From the NCBI GenBank assembly GCA_963422645.2, contig CAXXVO010000007.1, forward strand, positions 96,001 through 160,000: DNA of 64,000 bases, in the 5' to 3' direction. Shown here piece after piece: positions 41,882 to 52,488 of the stretch. Position numbers and translations under genes: made by a program. The stretch comes from Alphaproteobacteria bacterium (GTDB lineage: Bacteria > Pseudomonadota > Alphaproteobacteria > UBA828). The notes under the pieces were generated by a model. The model saw only the letters and a list, made by a program, of their open reading frames with translations, had not been told where the DNA came from and did not search any database. Position 1 is the stretch's first letter. Every line of letters begins with the position of its first letter.

Positions 41882-42711
41882 ACCGCGAGCTGCTCACCTT
41901 CTACGGGCTCAAATGGAACCCCTTCGCCACCGACCTTCCGGTCGACAGCCTCATGGTGAGCCCCGCCGTCGACAGCTTCTGCCTCAGAATCGAGCATCAT
42001 CTTGTGCGCCAGGGCGGCTTCGCGTTGATCGCCGGCGAGCCCGGCACCGGAAAGAGCGTGGCGTTGCGCGTGCTCGCCGACCGCCTCGGCCGCTCGGACG
42101 GGCTCAGGGTCTGTGCCATCACCCACCCCTCTTCCAGGCTGTCCGACTTCTACCGCGAGATCGGCGGGATGTTCGGCGTCGACCTGATGTACAACAACCG
42201 CTGGGCCAGCTTCAAAAACCTGCGCGAGCGATGGCTCACCCATGTCGACGACACCCGCATGCGGCCCGTGGTGCTCATCGACGAGGCCCAGGAGCTGCTG
42301 CCCTCGGTGATCTCCGAGATCCGCCTGCTGGCGTCCACCGACTTCGACTCGCGCGCCATCCTCTCGGTCGTCTTCGCCGGCGACAGCCGCCTGATCGACA
42401 GGCTCCGCCAGCCCGACTTGCAGCCCATCGCCTCGCGCCTGCGCCAGCGCCTGGTCATGACCCAGGCAGACGCCGGCGACCTCGCGGCCCTGCTCGACCA
42501 TCTGGTCGAGCAGGCCGGCAATCCGGGCCTCATGAGCGCAGAGCTCAAGGACACCCTGGTCACCCACGCCGGCGGCAACCCCAGGGCGCTTACCGTCATG
42601 GGCGACATGCTGCTCGCCGCCGGCGCCGAGAAGAACCGCGAGGTTCTCGACGAGAAGCTCTTCATGGAGATCCTGGGCGAGCCCGCCAAGCCGAAGAGGG
42701 CACGGCGGTGA
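41878..42711 (+). CDS. ExeA-type AAA+ ATPase (TnsC/MuB/IstB-like helper)
   Basis: FYGLKWNPF, GEPGTGKS, VVLIDEAQ, GNPR. Confidence 0.9.
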   Translation: MNRELLTFYGLKWNPFATDLPVDSLMVSPAVDSFCLRIEHHLVRQGGFALIAGEPGTGKSVALRVLADRLGRSDGLRVCAITHPSSRLSDFYREIGGMFGVDLMYNNRWASFKNLRERWLTHVDDTRMRPVVLIDEAQELLPSVISEIRLLASTDFDSRAILSVVFAGDSRLIDRLRQPDLQPIASRLRQRLVMTQADAGDLAALLDHLVEQAGNPGLMSAELKDTLVTHAGGNPRALTVMGDMLLAAGAEKNREVLDEKLFMEILGEPAKPKRARR

Positions 42712-43706
42712 AGGGCTTCCCGACACGGGCGCCGATGCAGCTCGAGGATCGCCCCCGGGCGCAACAGTGGATGGTGGACACGCTGTGGGCCGAGCAGGCC
42801 GTGGGCATCGTCGGCGGCGAGCCCAAGTGCGGCAAATCCCTGCTCGCGCTCGATCTCGCCGTCGCCGTGGCCACCGGCGTCCCATGCCTGCGCCACTACC
42901 GCCCCAGCGCAAGCGGCACCGTGCTGCTCTTCGCCGCCGAGGACGCCGGCCACAGGGTGCGCAAGCGTCTGCAGGGGATCGCCCGCGCCGCCGCCACCCC
43001 CTTCGACGAACTCGACATCGCCGTCATCGACGTGCCCACCCTGCGTCTCGACCAGCGCATCGACCGTCAGCGCCTGCAGGAGACCGTGGAGCGCATCGAA
43101 CCGCGCCTCCTGATCCTCGATCCCCTGGTCCGCCTGCACAGCGTCGACGAGAACGCCGTCGCAGAGATCGCCCCCATCCTCGGCTTCCTGCGCGAACTGC
43201 AGCGCCGCTTCGAAACCGCCGTCCTCCTCGTCCACCACGCCCGCAAGAGCGGCGGCACCCGGCCGGGGCAGGCCCTGCGCGGGAGCAGCGAGCTGCACGC
43301 TTGGGGTGACTCAAATCTGTACCTGCGCCGGCGCGACAAGAAGATCGTCATGACGGTCGAGCAGCGCGACGCCCGGGGCCTCAACGACATCGAGCTGGAA
43401 CTCGTCGACGGCGGACATGGGCCGGCCTTCCGTCTGCACCAGGACGCGGCAGATGAAGACAGGCACGAGCCCGCCACCGTCGAGCAGCGCGTCTTCAAGG
43501 CGATCGAGCAGGCCGAAAAGCCGCTCTCGAAAGCCCAGATCCGCTCACGCGCCGCTGCCCGCAACGCCACCGTCGTTGCCGCCATCGAGAGCCTCACCAG
43601 GGAGGGGCGCATCGAACGGGCGCCCAGGGGTGGCTATCGCCTCGCAGCCGCCGAGGCGCACCGGGAGCCGCAATCCCCTGCCGCCATCAACGGAAGTGCG
43701 GGATGA
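42708..43706 (+). CDS. AAA_25 RecA-fold ATPase, RepA/SF4-helicase-like
   Basis: GEPKCGKS, LFAAED, LLILDPL, LVHHARK, LRGSS; GTGA coupling to exeA. Confidence 0.8.
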   Translation: MKGFPTRAPMQLEDRPRAQQWMVDTLWAEQAVGIVGGEPKCGKSLLALDLAVAVATGVPCLRHYRPSASGTVLLFAAEDAGHRVRKRLQGIARAAATPFDELDIAVIDVPTLRLDQRIDRQRLQETVERIEPRLLILDPLVRLHSVDENAVAEIAPILGFLRELQRRFETAVLLVHHARKSGGTRPGQALRGSSELHAWGDSNLYLRRRDKKIVMTVEQRDARGLNDIELELVDGGHGPAFRLHQDAADEDRHEPATVEQRVFKAIEQAEKPLSKAQIRSRAAARNATVVAAIESLTREGRIERAPRGGYRLAAAEAHREPQSPAAINGSAG

Positions 43707-43767
43707 GGCGTTCCCGTTCCCGTTCCCGGAACTCTTAAGCGTTGAAGGGTACAGGAACGGGAACGCC
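43707..43767. repeat. Inverted GTTCCC/GGGAAC repeat between helicase and primase (candidate origin)
   Basis: GGCGTTCCCGTTCC (43707-43720) and GGAACGGGAACGCC (43754-43767) flank a less GC-rich core; mirrored at 10312-10372. Confidence 0.55.
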
Positions 43768-43808
43768 GTCAGCCTCCCTTCCAAGCAGACCTTCGCCGGG
43801 ACCCGGCA

Positions 43809-44678
43809 ATGAGCGGCGGCGATCCCCTGGCCACCTGCCGCAACATCCCCCTCGACCGGGTCGCCGCCGCCCTCGGCTACCGCAGAGACCCGACCGACCG
43901 GGCGCGCTTCAAGCGCGGGGGCTCGGTCATCAGCATCAACGGCGAGAAGTTCTTCGATCACCTGCGCGGCACGGGAGGGGGTGGCGCCATCGACCTCGTC
44001 ATCCATGCGACGGGATGCCGCTTCCCGGAAGCCCTCCGCTTCCTCGGAAGCCATGAGGGGCGGAGGGAGATCACCACCATCCCAGCCGCCCCGCGACGCC
44101 TGCGGCTGCCAAGGCCCAGTCCCCGCGCCTGGCCCAGGGTCCGGGACGCCCTCATCCGCCAACGCGCTATCGGCACCGACGTGCTCGAAGCCTGCCACGG
44201 CCGAGGCCTCCTCTACGCCGATGACAGGATCAACGCCGTCTTCATCTGCCGAAACGCCAGCGGGCACACGACCGGCGCCGAGATCCTCGGCACCGCGCCG
44301 CAGCCCGGAACAAAACGCTTCAGGGGCATGGCCCCGGGATCGCGCAAGGCGCGTGGCGGCTTCTGGCTCCACTGCGACCGAAACCAGCCCGCCCTCGTCA
44401 TCCTCACCGAGAGCGCCGTCGACGCCATCTCTGCACGAAGCCTGCGCGTCGAGGGGACGCGCGAGAACGGCGCCGTCGTCGCCTCAACCGCCGGCATCGC
44501 CAGCTCGGTCCCGCCCTGGACCAAGGAGTGGAAGCCACGTCGCATCGTCTGTGCCTACGACGCAGACAGCGCCGGCGACACTGCCGCCGAGCATCTCGTG
44601 CTCAACGATCCAAGGGTGAAAAGGTTGCGCCCACGACACGCCAAGGACTGGAACGAGATGCTCCTGCGGTCTCGATGA
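43809..44678 (+). CDS. DUF3991/Toprim primase-like protein
   Basis: GGGAIDLV.H...F.EAL N-terminus, ILTESAVDAIS, CAYDADSAG, KDWNE.L. Confidence 0.8.
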   Translation: MSGGDPLATCRNIPLDRVAAALGYRRDPTDRARFKRGGSVISINGEKFFDHLRGTGGGGAIDLVIHATGCRFPEALRFLGSHEGRREITTIPAAPRRLRLPRPSPRAWPRVRDALIRQRAIGTDVLEACHGRGLLYADDRINAVFICRNASGHTTGAEILGTAPQPGTKRFRGMAPGSRKARGGFWLHCDRNQPALVILTESAVDAISARSLRVEGTRENGAVVASTAGIASSVPPWTKEWKPRRIVCAYDADSAGDTAAEHLVLNDPRVKRLRPRHAKDWNEMLLRSR

Positions 44679-45771
44679 AAGCCAGGCCACTCACCGCTCT
44701 CGCAGATCAACCAAGCGCCGCATCACGAACATCAAATAATCCGAAAACCGCACCATCAAATGCTGGGCGCACGCTCAACATAGAAAACACGGAAATCCGT
44801 GAGCACAAGAAACCCGGTGAAGCAAAGCCAATCTGGCCCCGCGACCGGCGAAAAGAGAAAAGCGTTAGATCACTCCCCATAATAATTTTCTATAGCCTCG
44901 AATACGTTTTCTGCTGGTTCTATTACCTGTTCGGCCACGTCGCTAGCTTCCGATTCCTCCTTCAATTCTCCGCCGTCATGCTCTTCGCCATGGGCGTCTA
45001 CGGTGTGACCATAGACATCGAGAAGCGACAGATCGATCGCGGTGTTCGGGAAGCGACGCTGTTCGCGATGATCGCGCGCACCCACGCGCTACCGGACGGC
45101 AAGGGAGCGGGAGCGCTCAAACCCAGCGTGGAGGCACTGGCGCGCGACGGCGTCGCCCTGGAGGAGATCAACCTCAGCGGGGCGAACCTTCGGGGCGCGA
45201 AACTTGCTGGCGCCAATTTCAGGCGGGCCGATCTGAGCGGCGCAATCTTGGTCGAGGCGGACCTCAGGGGGGCCGATCTACGCGGCGCGAATCTCAGCGG
45301 GGCGGTCTTCATTCGAGCGAATCTGACGGACGCCGATCTCTGCGAGGCCGACCTCAGCGAGGCCGACCTCGTCGGTGCCGTTTTCGAGGAAGCCTACATG
45401 GAAAAGGTCAATCTGGAGGGGGCCGAGCTGCTCGTCTCCAACTTCTCGAACGCGCACTTGGCAGGCGCGATCGTGACCTCGGCCAATGGCGCCTACTCGA
45501 ACTTTGCCGGCGCCGATCTCTCCAATGCCAACTTCGGCGACACCGAGCTTCAGGGGGCATTGTTCGACGGTGCAAACATTGGCGGTGCCCGGCTTAGTCA
45601 GTCCTACGACCTTTCGAACACGCAGATCGAAAAGGCATGCGCCCCGTCGGATGCTCCTCCGGTCCTGCCGGAACACCTGGAATGGACAGACAGACGCTGC
45701 TGAAGGGAATTGCGATCCGACCGAGAGACCACTTCGCCTGCGGGCGAGCCCTGGAGTGAAGGAGAGCAACC

Positions 45772-46593
45772 ATGGAGTACAAGGACATCGTTGTGCATCT
45801 CGGAACCGACAACCGGTCGGCGGCGCGGCTCGATGCTGCAATCGAGCTCGCCGATCGTCATGAGGGCAGAGTGACGGGTGTCTATGTCCTGTCAAAACGC
45901 AGCATTCCCGGCTTCATCCGCTGCGAGATTCCGCCTGAGGTCTTGAAACGACTGGATAGGGAAGAGCGCAGGTTTGCCGAGGAGGCTGAGGAAATGTTCG
46001 CCGAACGGGCGGCTAGGACCCAGGTGCCGTGCGAATGGCGCCTCATGAAGGGCGACCCCGTGGATGCCGTCACCATGAGCGCACACTACGCAGACATCAC
46101 CCTCGTCGGCCAGACCGACCCCGATGACGGACGCAGTGCCAGCGGGCTGGCGGACCGTGTTGTGCTCGGCGGGGGCGGCCCCGTGCTGGTCTGGCCCTAC
46201 ACCGGCTCGTGCCACGCCACTGCGGCGACCGTCATGCTCGCCTGGAACGGCTCCCGCGAGGCGACCCGCGCGCTCGCTGACGCGCTGCCGCTCCTGCAAC
46301 AGGCGCGCAAGGTGATCGTCTTCTGCGTCGACAGGGACGACCGCACGCACATACCCGGGGCCGACGTCAGCACGCATCTGGCGCACCACGGAGTCAGGGC
46401 GGAGGCCCGGCACACGCGGACCTCATCCGGCATTCATACCGGCGATGCCTTGCTCTCCGAGATCAGTGATTGCGGCATCGGCCTCCTCGTCATGGGTGGT
46501 TACGGCCATCGCCGCCTGCGCGAGAGGCTGTTCGGCGGCGTCACGCGTGACATCCTGCGCGAGATGACCGTGCCGGTCCTGATGGCGCACTAG
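45772..46593 (+). CDS. Universal stress protein (tandem Usp domains)
   Basis: YKDIVVHL, LAWNGSREA.RA, LLVMGGYGH.RLRE.LFGGVT. Confidence 0.93.
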   Translation: MEYKDIVVHLGTDNRSAARLDAAIELADRHEGRVTGVYVLSKRSIPGFIRCEIPPEVLKRLDREERRFAEEAEEMFAERAARTQVPCEWRLMKGDPVDAVTMSAHYADITLVGQTDPDDGRSASGLADRVVLGGGGPVLVWPYTGSCHATAATVMLAWNGSREATRALADALPLLQQARKVIVFCVDRDDRTHIPGADVSTHLAHHGVRAEARHTRTSSGIHTGDALLSEISDCGIGLLVMGGYGHRRLRERLFGGVTRDILREMTVPVLMAH

Positions 46594-46605
46594 CCGACAG
46601 TCGGC

Positions 46606-46619
46606 ATGACTCATGTCAT
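46606..46619. promoter_or_regulatory. Possible FNR/FixK-type dyad upstream of the second usp
   Basis: ATGAC-TCAT-GTCAT resembles TTGAT-N4-ATCAA; usp genes are often FixK/Fnr targets in alphaproteobacteria. Confidence 0.3.
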
Positions 46620-47436
46620 ACCGCGCTCGCAGTCGCTCGGTTAGGCTGACCTCTGCTCTATGGCTCGGACGTCACGTACGGGCCGGCGAGGTGAAGGAGG
46701 CTTGACCATGGCGTACAAGGATATCGTCGTGCATCTGGCTCAGGATGATCGCTCGCAGGTGCGGCTTGAGGCAGCGATCGAGCTGGCTGAACGACACGAA
46801 GGCAGGGTTACCGGTGTCTACGTGCTGCCTCGTCTCGTCGTCCCCGGCTTCGCGAGCTTCGAGCTCTCCACGGAGGTCTACAAGCGGCTGGATACGGAAC
46901 AGCGATCGCTGGCCGAAGAGGCCGAGCGGCAATTCGCCCAACGGACGGCGCAGTCGACAGTGCCGTCCGAATGGCGCCTGCTGACGGGCGACCCGGTCGA
47001 TGGGGTCACGACGAGCGCGCACTACGCCGATATCACCATCGTCGGCCAAACCGACCCCGACGACGAAAACAGCATCTCCGGGCTGGCGGACAGCGCGGTG
47101 CTCGCCGCGGGCGGGCCGGTGCTGGTCTGGCCCTATGCCGGCTCCTTCGGCGCCAATGCGGAGACCGTCATGCTCGCCTGGAACGGAACCCGCGAGGCGA
47201 AGCGCGCACTCGCCGACGCGCTGCCCCTTTTGCAGCAGGCGAGCAAGGTGATCGTCCTCGGGATCGATACCGGCGACGGCAAGCACATACCGGGGGCCGA
47301 GATCAGCACATACCTGGCGCGGCACGGTGTCAGCGCGGAAGCCAGGCACGCAATCAGCTCATCGGATCTCGGCGCGAGCGACGCCCTCCTTTCCGAGATC
47401 AGCGATCACGGGGTGGACCTTCTTGTCATGGGCGGC

Positions 47437-47583
47437 TGTAGACGGACGAAAGTCGTTGTGAATCGGGTCAAGGGGTGGAATCAGGCGGAATCGGGCGGAA
47501 GGTGGCGGAATCTCAAGGGGATGCGCGCGGCGGCACGGTGGCGGTGCGGCGGCTGGCGTGCGGACGGAAGTCTTTGCGAATCG
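47437..47583 (-). repeat. Mu-like left end with two spaced binding sites
   Basis: TGTAGACGGACGAAAGTCGTTGTGAATCG (47437) and CGGACGGAAGTCTTTGCGAATCG (47561) are inverted versions of the right-end repeat. Confidence 0.75.
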
Positions 47584-47817
47584 GGCCGTGCAGAGGCCGT
47601 GAATTGGCTGGAAACGGCAATTTTCGGGGCGTTTCAGGGGTCTTGCGACGGCGGCAAATCGGGTCGGTTTCGGGGTATCGGATTCGGCTGGAAAATCCGG
47701 TGCGAGGTGCGGTGCGAGGCGCCCGTTGTCAATCGGCTTTCAATACTGACCCCCGATCGGCGTGCAAAATTGACCCCCCTGAGTGGCAACCGGGCCGCAA
47801 GGGAGGCCGGCGGCGGG

Positions 47818-48546
47818 TCAGGAGCGGTTCTTGAAGCGCCAGCTCTCGTTGCCGGTCTCGATGATCTCGCAATGATGGGTGAGGCGATCGAGCAGCGCTG
47901 TGGTCATCTTGGGGTCGCCGAAGACGGATGGCCATTCGCCGAAGGCGAGGTTTGTGGTGATGACGATCGAGGTGCGCTCGTAGAGCCGGCTCATCAGATG
48001 GAAGAGCAGCTGCCCACCGGCCTGGGCGAAGGGCAGGTAGCCGAGCTCGTCGAGGATGACGAAGTCGCGGCGGACGAGCTGGTCTGCAGTGCGGCCCTGG
48101 CGTCCGGCGCGAAGCTCGGCCTCGAGGAGGTTGACCAGGTCGACGACGTTGTAGCACCGGCCGCGCGCGCCCTTGCGGATGCAGGACCGCGCGATGGCGA
48201 CGGCGAGATGGGTCTTGCCGGTACCGGTGCCGCCGACCAGCACGATGTTGCGTTTGCCCTCGAGGAAGCCGCCGCCGGCGAGCTCCTGGATCAGGGGCTC
48301 GTTGACCGGCGAGGCGGCGAAGTCGAAGTCGGCCAGCTCCTTGACCGTCGGCAGCTTGGCGGAGGCCATCTGGTACTTGATCGAGCGGGCCCTCTTGTCG
48401 GCGATCTCGACCTGCAGCAGCGTACCGATGATCTGTTGCACCGGATGGCGGCGCTTGAGCCCGTCGGCAAGGATGTCGTCGTAAGCGGCGCGCATACCTG
48501 CGAGCTTCAGCTGGGTCATCATCTCCAGCACATCATGACGCTCCAT
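47818..48546 (-). CDS. istB: IS21 helper ATPase
   Basis: [31 protein letters not shown]. Confidence 0.95.
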   Translation of the reverse strand: MERHDVLEMMTQLKLAGMRAAYDDILADGLKRRHPVQQIIGTLLQVEIADKRARSIKYQMASAKLPTVKELADFDFAASPVNEPLIQELAGGGFLEGKRNIVLVGGTGTGKTHLAVAIARSCIRKGARGRCYNVVDLVNLLEAELRAGRQGRTADQLVRRDFVILDELGYLPFAQAGGQLLFHLMSRLYERTSIVITTNLAFGEWPSVFGDPKMTTALLDRLTHHCEIIETGNESWRFKNRS

Positions 48547-50047
48547 GACCGGCCTCCCTCAGGCTGTCGTAGCGCTGACAGTCGGCTACCGGCTTGTGGC
48601 GAAGCTGCAGGCCCTCGGGCGTCGGGATGATTGCCGGCGGTGCCGGCTGGCGCTGCCGGGCGAGGATGTTGAGCACCACGTCGGCGCTGCAGGCACCGCA
48701 GTCGAGCGTCTCGGCACAGGCCGCCTCAACCGCCTCCAGTCCGTCCTCCAGCACCGCCGCGAGCACCTTGACGAACTGCCGGTCGCCGTCGTCGTGGCCC
48801 GCGAGCCGGGTTCGCAGGCGGCCGAGCGCGTTGGGCAACTGCCAGTCCTTGAAGGGCGCGCCATTGCGTAGCGCGCCGGGCTTCCGCGTCAGGATCGGCA
48901 CGTAATGCCACGGATCGTAGACGAACCGGCCGCGCCCGAAGCTGCGGGGGTGCTCGGCAACGGTCTCGCCGTCCTGGCGGATGACGATCCGATCGGCATA
49001 GGCCCGCACGTCCACCGGCCGGCCGACGGCGCGGGCCGCGACGCTGTACTGGTTGTTGTCGAAGCGCACCAGACAGGTCTTCGAGACCGACACCTCGCTG
49101 GCATGGAAGCCGTCGAAGGGGCCGCGATACGCCATCAGGAAGGGCTGCTCCTCCTCGAACACCTGCCACACCGTCTTGCCCGGGATTGTCGGATGCGGAT
49201 GCTTCTTGGCGTCCTCGATGCACCGATCCATCAGCCACTCGTTGATCTCGGCGTAGGAGCGGCCCCGCGGGATGGGCACGAACAGGCGGCCGCGAAGGTC
49301 ACCCACCTGCTTCTCGACCTGCCCCTTCTCCCAGCCAGCCCCTGGCGTGCACGCCACAGGCTCCACCAGATGGTGCGAGCACAGCTCCTGGAAGCGGCGG
49401 TTGTAGTCCCGCTTCTTGCCCACGAAGATCGTGCTCACCGCCGTCTTCATGTTGTCGTAGATGCCCCGCCGGCAGACCCCGCCGAAGAAGCGGAAGGCAC
49501 GCTCGTGCGCCTCGAAGACCATCTCCTGGCTCTCGCGGGGAAAGATCTGGACCAGATACATCCGGCTGTGGCACAGCCGCATGTGCGCCGCCTTCACCCT
49601 GGTCGTCGCGCCCGACAGACGCGCGTACTCGTGGCTCCAGTCGAACTGGTAGGCCTCGCCGGGATCGAAGATCAGCGGCACATAGGCCTGCGCCGGCGAC
49701 AACAGCCGCCACCGGCGCCGCCAGGCCCTGGCATAGCGGCGAACCGCGTCATAGCCGCCCTTGTAGCCCAGCGACACAAGGTCTTCATGAATCCGCAGAA
49801 GAGACAGCCGATCCTTGCGTGCCTTCTTCTCGTTGGCCTTCAGCTGGCGCTCAAGCTCCTCCACCCACAGCCCAAGCTTCGGCATCGGCTGGATCTTGCG
49901 CTCGTAGCTGTGCGAGGTCGCATCGCCCCGCACCACCTTGCGTATCGTGTTCTTGGAAACCCTCAAATCCCGGGCGAGCTTCTTGATCGGAACGCCCTTC
50001 ACCAGATGATCCCGACGGATCTTCGCGATCGTTTCCACAACCAGCAT
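48533..50047 (-). CDS. istA: IS21 transposase
   Basis: [32 protein letters not shown]. Confidence 0.95.
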   Translation of the reverse strand: MLVVETIAKIRRDHLVKGVPIKKLARDLRVSKNTIRKVVRGDATSHSYERKIQPMPKLGLWVEELERQLKANEKKARKDRLSLLRIHEDLVSLGYKGGYDAVRRYARAWRRRWRLLSPAQAYVPLIFDPGEAYQFDWSHEYARLSGATTRVKAAHMRLCHSRMYLVQIFPRESQEMVFEAHERAFRFFGGVCRRGIYDNMKTAVSTIFVGKKRDYNRRFQELCSHHLVEPVACTPGAGWEKGQVEKQVGDLRGRLFVPIPRGRSYAEINEWLMDRCIEDAKKHPHPTIPGKTVWQVFEEEQPFLMAYRGPFDGFHASEVSVSKTCLVRFDNNQYSVAARAVGRPVDVRAYADRIVIRQDGETVAEHPRSFGRGRFVYDPWHYVPILTRKPGALRNGAPFKDWQLPNALGRLRTRLAGHDDGDRQFVKVLAAVLEDGLEAVEAACAETLDCGACSADVVLNILARQRQPAPPAIIPTPEGLQLRHKPVADCQRYDSLREAGHGAS

Positions 50048-50166
50048 CTCCCCCACCACCCCGTCCGTCCAAACGACGAGGTGTGTTCATGGACACAAAT
50101 CCAAGGGGGTCAATTTTGGACGCCGATCACCCCCAATAGGGGGTCACTTTTCCACGCTTAACAACA

Positions 50167-51542
50167 CCGAAGGGGCGCTCGAGACCGTGCGCGCCCATGC
50201 CGGCCCGCCCGGCTCCGACGCGCGCGCGAACGGCGCCGAAACCGCCCGCGTGTGGACGACACCCGCGCCGGAGGACGGAATCGGCGAGCCCGTCGACACG
50301 CTCTGGCGCCTCTATCCCGCAGGCGCCGGGCCGGCGAGGGTGAAGGTCGTGGGCGTCAGCCCCAGATCCGGGGACCGGGTGCGCCTCGAGGCCGTCGACG
50401 AGGTCGGCGCCTACTACGCCGCCGCCACCGCCGACCTCTCGGTCGATCTGCCGCAGATACGGCGCAATCTGCCGCGGGTCCTGCACGCCACCGTCACCGA
50501 GACCCTGATCCGCGTCGGCGCCGCCTTCCTCGTCGAGATCGCGCTCTCCCTCACCGTCGCCGGCGACTGGCGCGGCGCCGAGGTCCGCGCGTCGTGGGAG
50601 CGCCGGCCCATGCGCACCGTCGCCAGCCTCGACGGCGGCGACACGGAGGCGCGCTGGACCAGCCCGCCCGAGGGCTGGATCGAGATCGTCGTCCTGCCCC
50701 GCGGCGGCGGACCGCCGCACCGCATCGCATATACGATCCGCGGCCTGCGCACGCCCCCCGGCGCCGTCGGCGAGGCCCACGTCGAGCGCCTCGGCGACGG
50801 AACCCGGCGCTTCCGCTGGGCCGAGCCGCCCGACCCCGACCTGCTCGGCGTCCGCATCAGATACGGGCCCGCGCCGGCGTATCCCGCAGATCCGGGCACG
50901 CCGTGGGAAGAGCTGCGCGCGATCCACCACGGATGGCTCACCGCCAGCCCGTGGGAGGCCGTCGAGCCCGCCCCCGGAGACTGGGTATTCTCCTTCCGCG
51001 CCCTCGACACCGGCGGTCGCTACGGCCCCGAGAGCCGCGTCACCGCGCGCCTCGGCGCCCAGCGCCGGGGCGAGAGCCTGTTCTGGGCCTGCCCCAGCGC
51101 CGAGGGATGGACCCGCGGCACGCTCGCCGGCGCGGCCCTCGACTTCTCCTGGGCCGATCCCGCCACCGGCGCCGCCGACTACGCCTGGCGCGGCCTCGCC
51201 ACCTGGGACGCCTGGACCGGATGGGCGCTCCCCGGCGCGGGCTGGACGGCGGAGCCCACCGTCTACACCTCCATGCCGGCGGCCCTCGGCCAGGACGGCG
51301 TCGTCTCGCTACTGACCTGGGAGTCCGATTCCCCTGTCCAGCCGACGGTGCGCGTGCGCGCCGCCGACTACCGCGACGACCTCGACGACGCCGCCTGGAC
51401 CGGCTACGCCGCCGGCGACGCGATTACCGGTCGCGTGGTCCAGGTCGAGTGGACCTGGACCTGGGAACGGGGGCAGATTCCCACCGTCAAGTACCTCTGC
51501 TTCGGCCTCGCCCGCGCCCATATCGCCGCGCCGGCGAGCTGA
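50167..51542 (+). pseudogene. C-terminal fragment of a phage tail/host-specificity protein, truncated by IS21
   Basis: Long GC3-rich frame starts at the IS21 edge; FN3-like Trp-rich segments; precedes the fibre genes. Confidence 0.6.
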
Positions 51543-51563
51543 GTGGGCGCGAAAGGAAACCCA

Positions 51564-52331
51564 ATGACCGCATGGCCCACCCGGAAGATCGACACCACCC
51601 ACCTCGACCAGGACAGCGATTCGCCCGCCCACGCCCGGGCCGCCATCAAGGCCATGGCCGACACCCTGAACGCCATGATCGACGCCGCCGGCGATCCGGG
51701 CGGCGTTGCCACCCTCGACGCCGCCGGCCTGCACCTCTTCCGCCAGATGCGGGGCGAGGTGTTCACCGCGTCCGAGCGCACGCGGCTGGCCAACCTCAGC
51801 GAGACCACGCCGCCGCCGCGTCCCGCGCCCACGCCCACGCCGCGCGGGCGGAAGACCTTCACCACGCCCGGGACATTCTACTTCAAGGTGCCCTCGGGCG
51901 TGACCCGCGTGCGCACGCAGTTGCAGGGCGGCAGCGGCGGCGACGGCAGCGACTATAGCCGCACCGTCAGCGGCAGGGGCGACTCGAGGACCACCACCTG
52001 GCGTGGCGGCGAGGGCGGCGGCGGCGGATTCATCTACTTCGATATCGCGGTCAGGGCGGGCGGGACCTACCCCGTCATCGTTGGAGGCAACGGAGCGAAC
52101 GGAGCGCGCGGCAGGGACGGCGCCGACGGCGGCGACACCACCTTCCTCTACGGCAAGGCGTACGGCGGCAAGGGCGGCAAGAGAGCGCAATACAACCGCA
52201 ACGGCGCAGACGGCGCAGACGGAAACTCCTACGCCCCCTTCATGTCGAGTGTGAGCAACTCGAGCAAGCAGGTCCAGCTCGTCGTGCCCTCCCCGGTCTC
52301 CGCCGGCTATGTCGTCGTCGAGTGGGGCTGA
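51564..52331 (+). CDS. Glycine-rich tail fibre-like protein, paralogue 1
   Basis: AAGGA RBS; GVATLD..G repeat, Pro linker, TFTTPGTF..VPSGVT, GGxGG tracts, GYVVVEW end. Confidence 0.7.
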   Translation: MTAWPTRKIDTTHLDQDSDSPAHARAAIKAMADTLNAMIDAAGDPGGVATLDAAGLHLFRQMRGEVFTASERTRLANLSETTPPPRPAPTPTPRGRKTFTTPGTFYFKVPSGVTRVRTQLQGGSGGDGSDYSRTVSGRGDSRTTTWRGGEGGGGGFIYFDIAVRAGGTYPVIVGGNGANGARGRDGADGGDTTFLYGKAYGGKGGKRAQYNRNGADGADGNSYAPFMSSVSNSSKQVQLVVPSPVSAGYVVVEWG

Positions 52332-52336
52332 TCGCG

Positions 52337-52440
52337 ATGCGCCGCACCCTCGTCCCCGCAGGCGGCGGCATCGACAGCACCGCCCTCGCCCTCCTCGTCC
52401 TGCGCGAGACCGAAGACGAGGTCGTCCTCTCCTGCAACCG
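52337..52440 (+). pseudogene. 5' stub of the QueC-like gene left by a tandem duplication
   Basis: Nearly identical to 53277-53380, then switches to a copy of the sequence upstream of fibre gene 1. Confidence 0.8.
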
Positions 52441-52488
52441 CGCCCGGATCGCCGCGCCGGCGGGCCGGCGATCGCGAAAGGAAATCAC

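Larger units (their letters stand above)
39589..44777 (+). mobile_element. 5.2-kb DDE transposon carrying ExeA ATPase, RepA-like helicase and Toprim primase
   Basis: Ends TGAGCGCGCGC / (revcomp) TGAGCGTGCGC; 4-bp TSD ACAT at 39585-39588 and 44778-44781; removal restores the target ORF; the second copy shares the exact right end. Confidence 0.9.
39569..45703 (+). pseudogene. Pentapeptide-repeat membrane protein gene interrupted after codon 6 by the transposon
   Basis: Excising 39589-44781 gives MAKTGD|IENTEIREHKK... with TM segments and A(D/N)LxG pentapeptide repeats ending at 45703. Confidence 0.8.
47727..50166 (-). mobile_element. IS21-family insertion sequence (no TSD)
   Basis: TGT...ACA ends with internal TGACCCC repeats; istA and istB present; flanks do not match each other. 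Confidence 0.92.

Noticed and set aside
39589-44777. CAST/Tn7-like targeted transposon
   Set aside because: No TniQ/TnsD, TnsA, Cas gene or array; the TSD is 4 bp rather than 5.
46660-48630. 656-aa Usp fusion protein
   Set aside because: Read-through from the broken usp into the Mu left end and the antisense strand of istB; not a real domain fusion.
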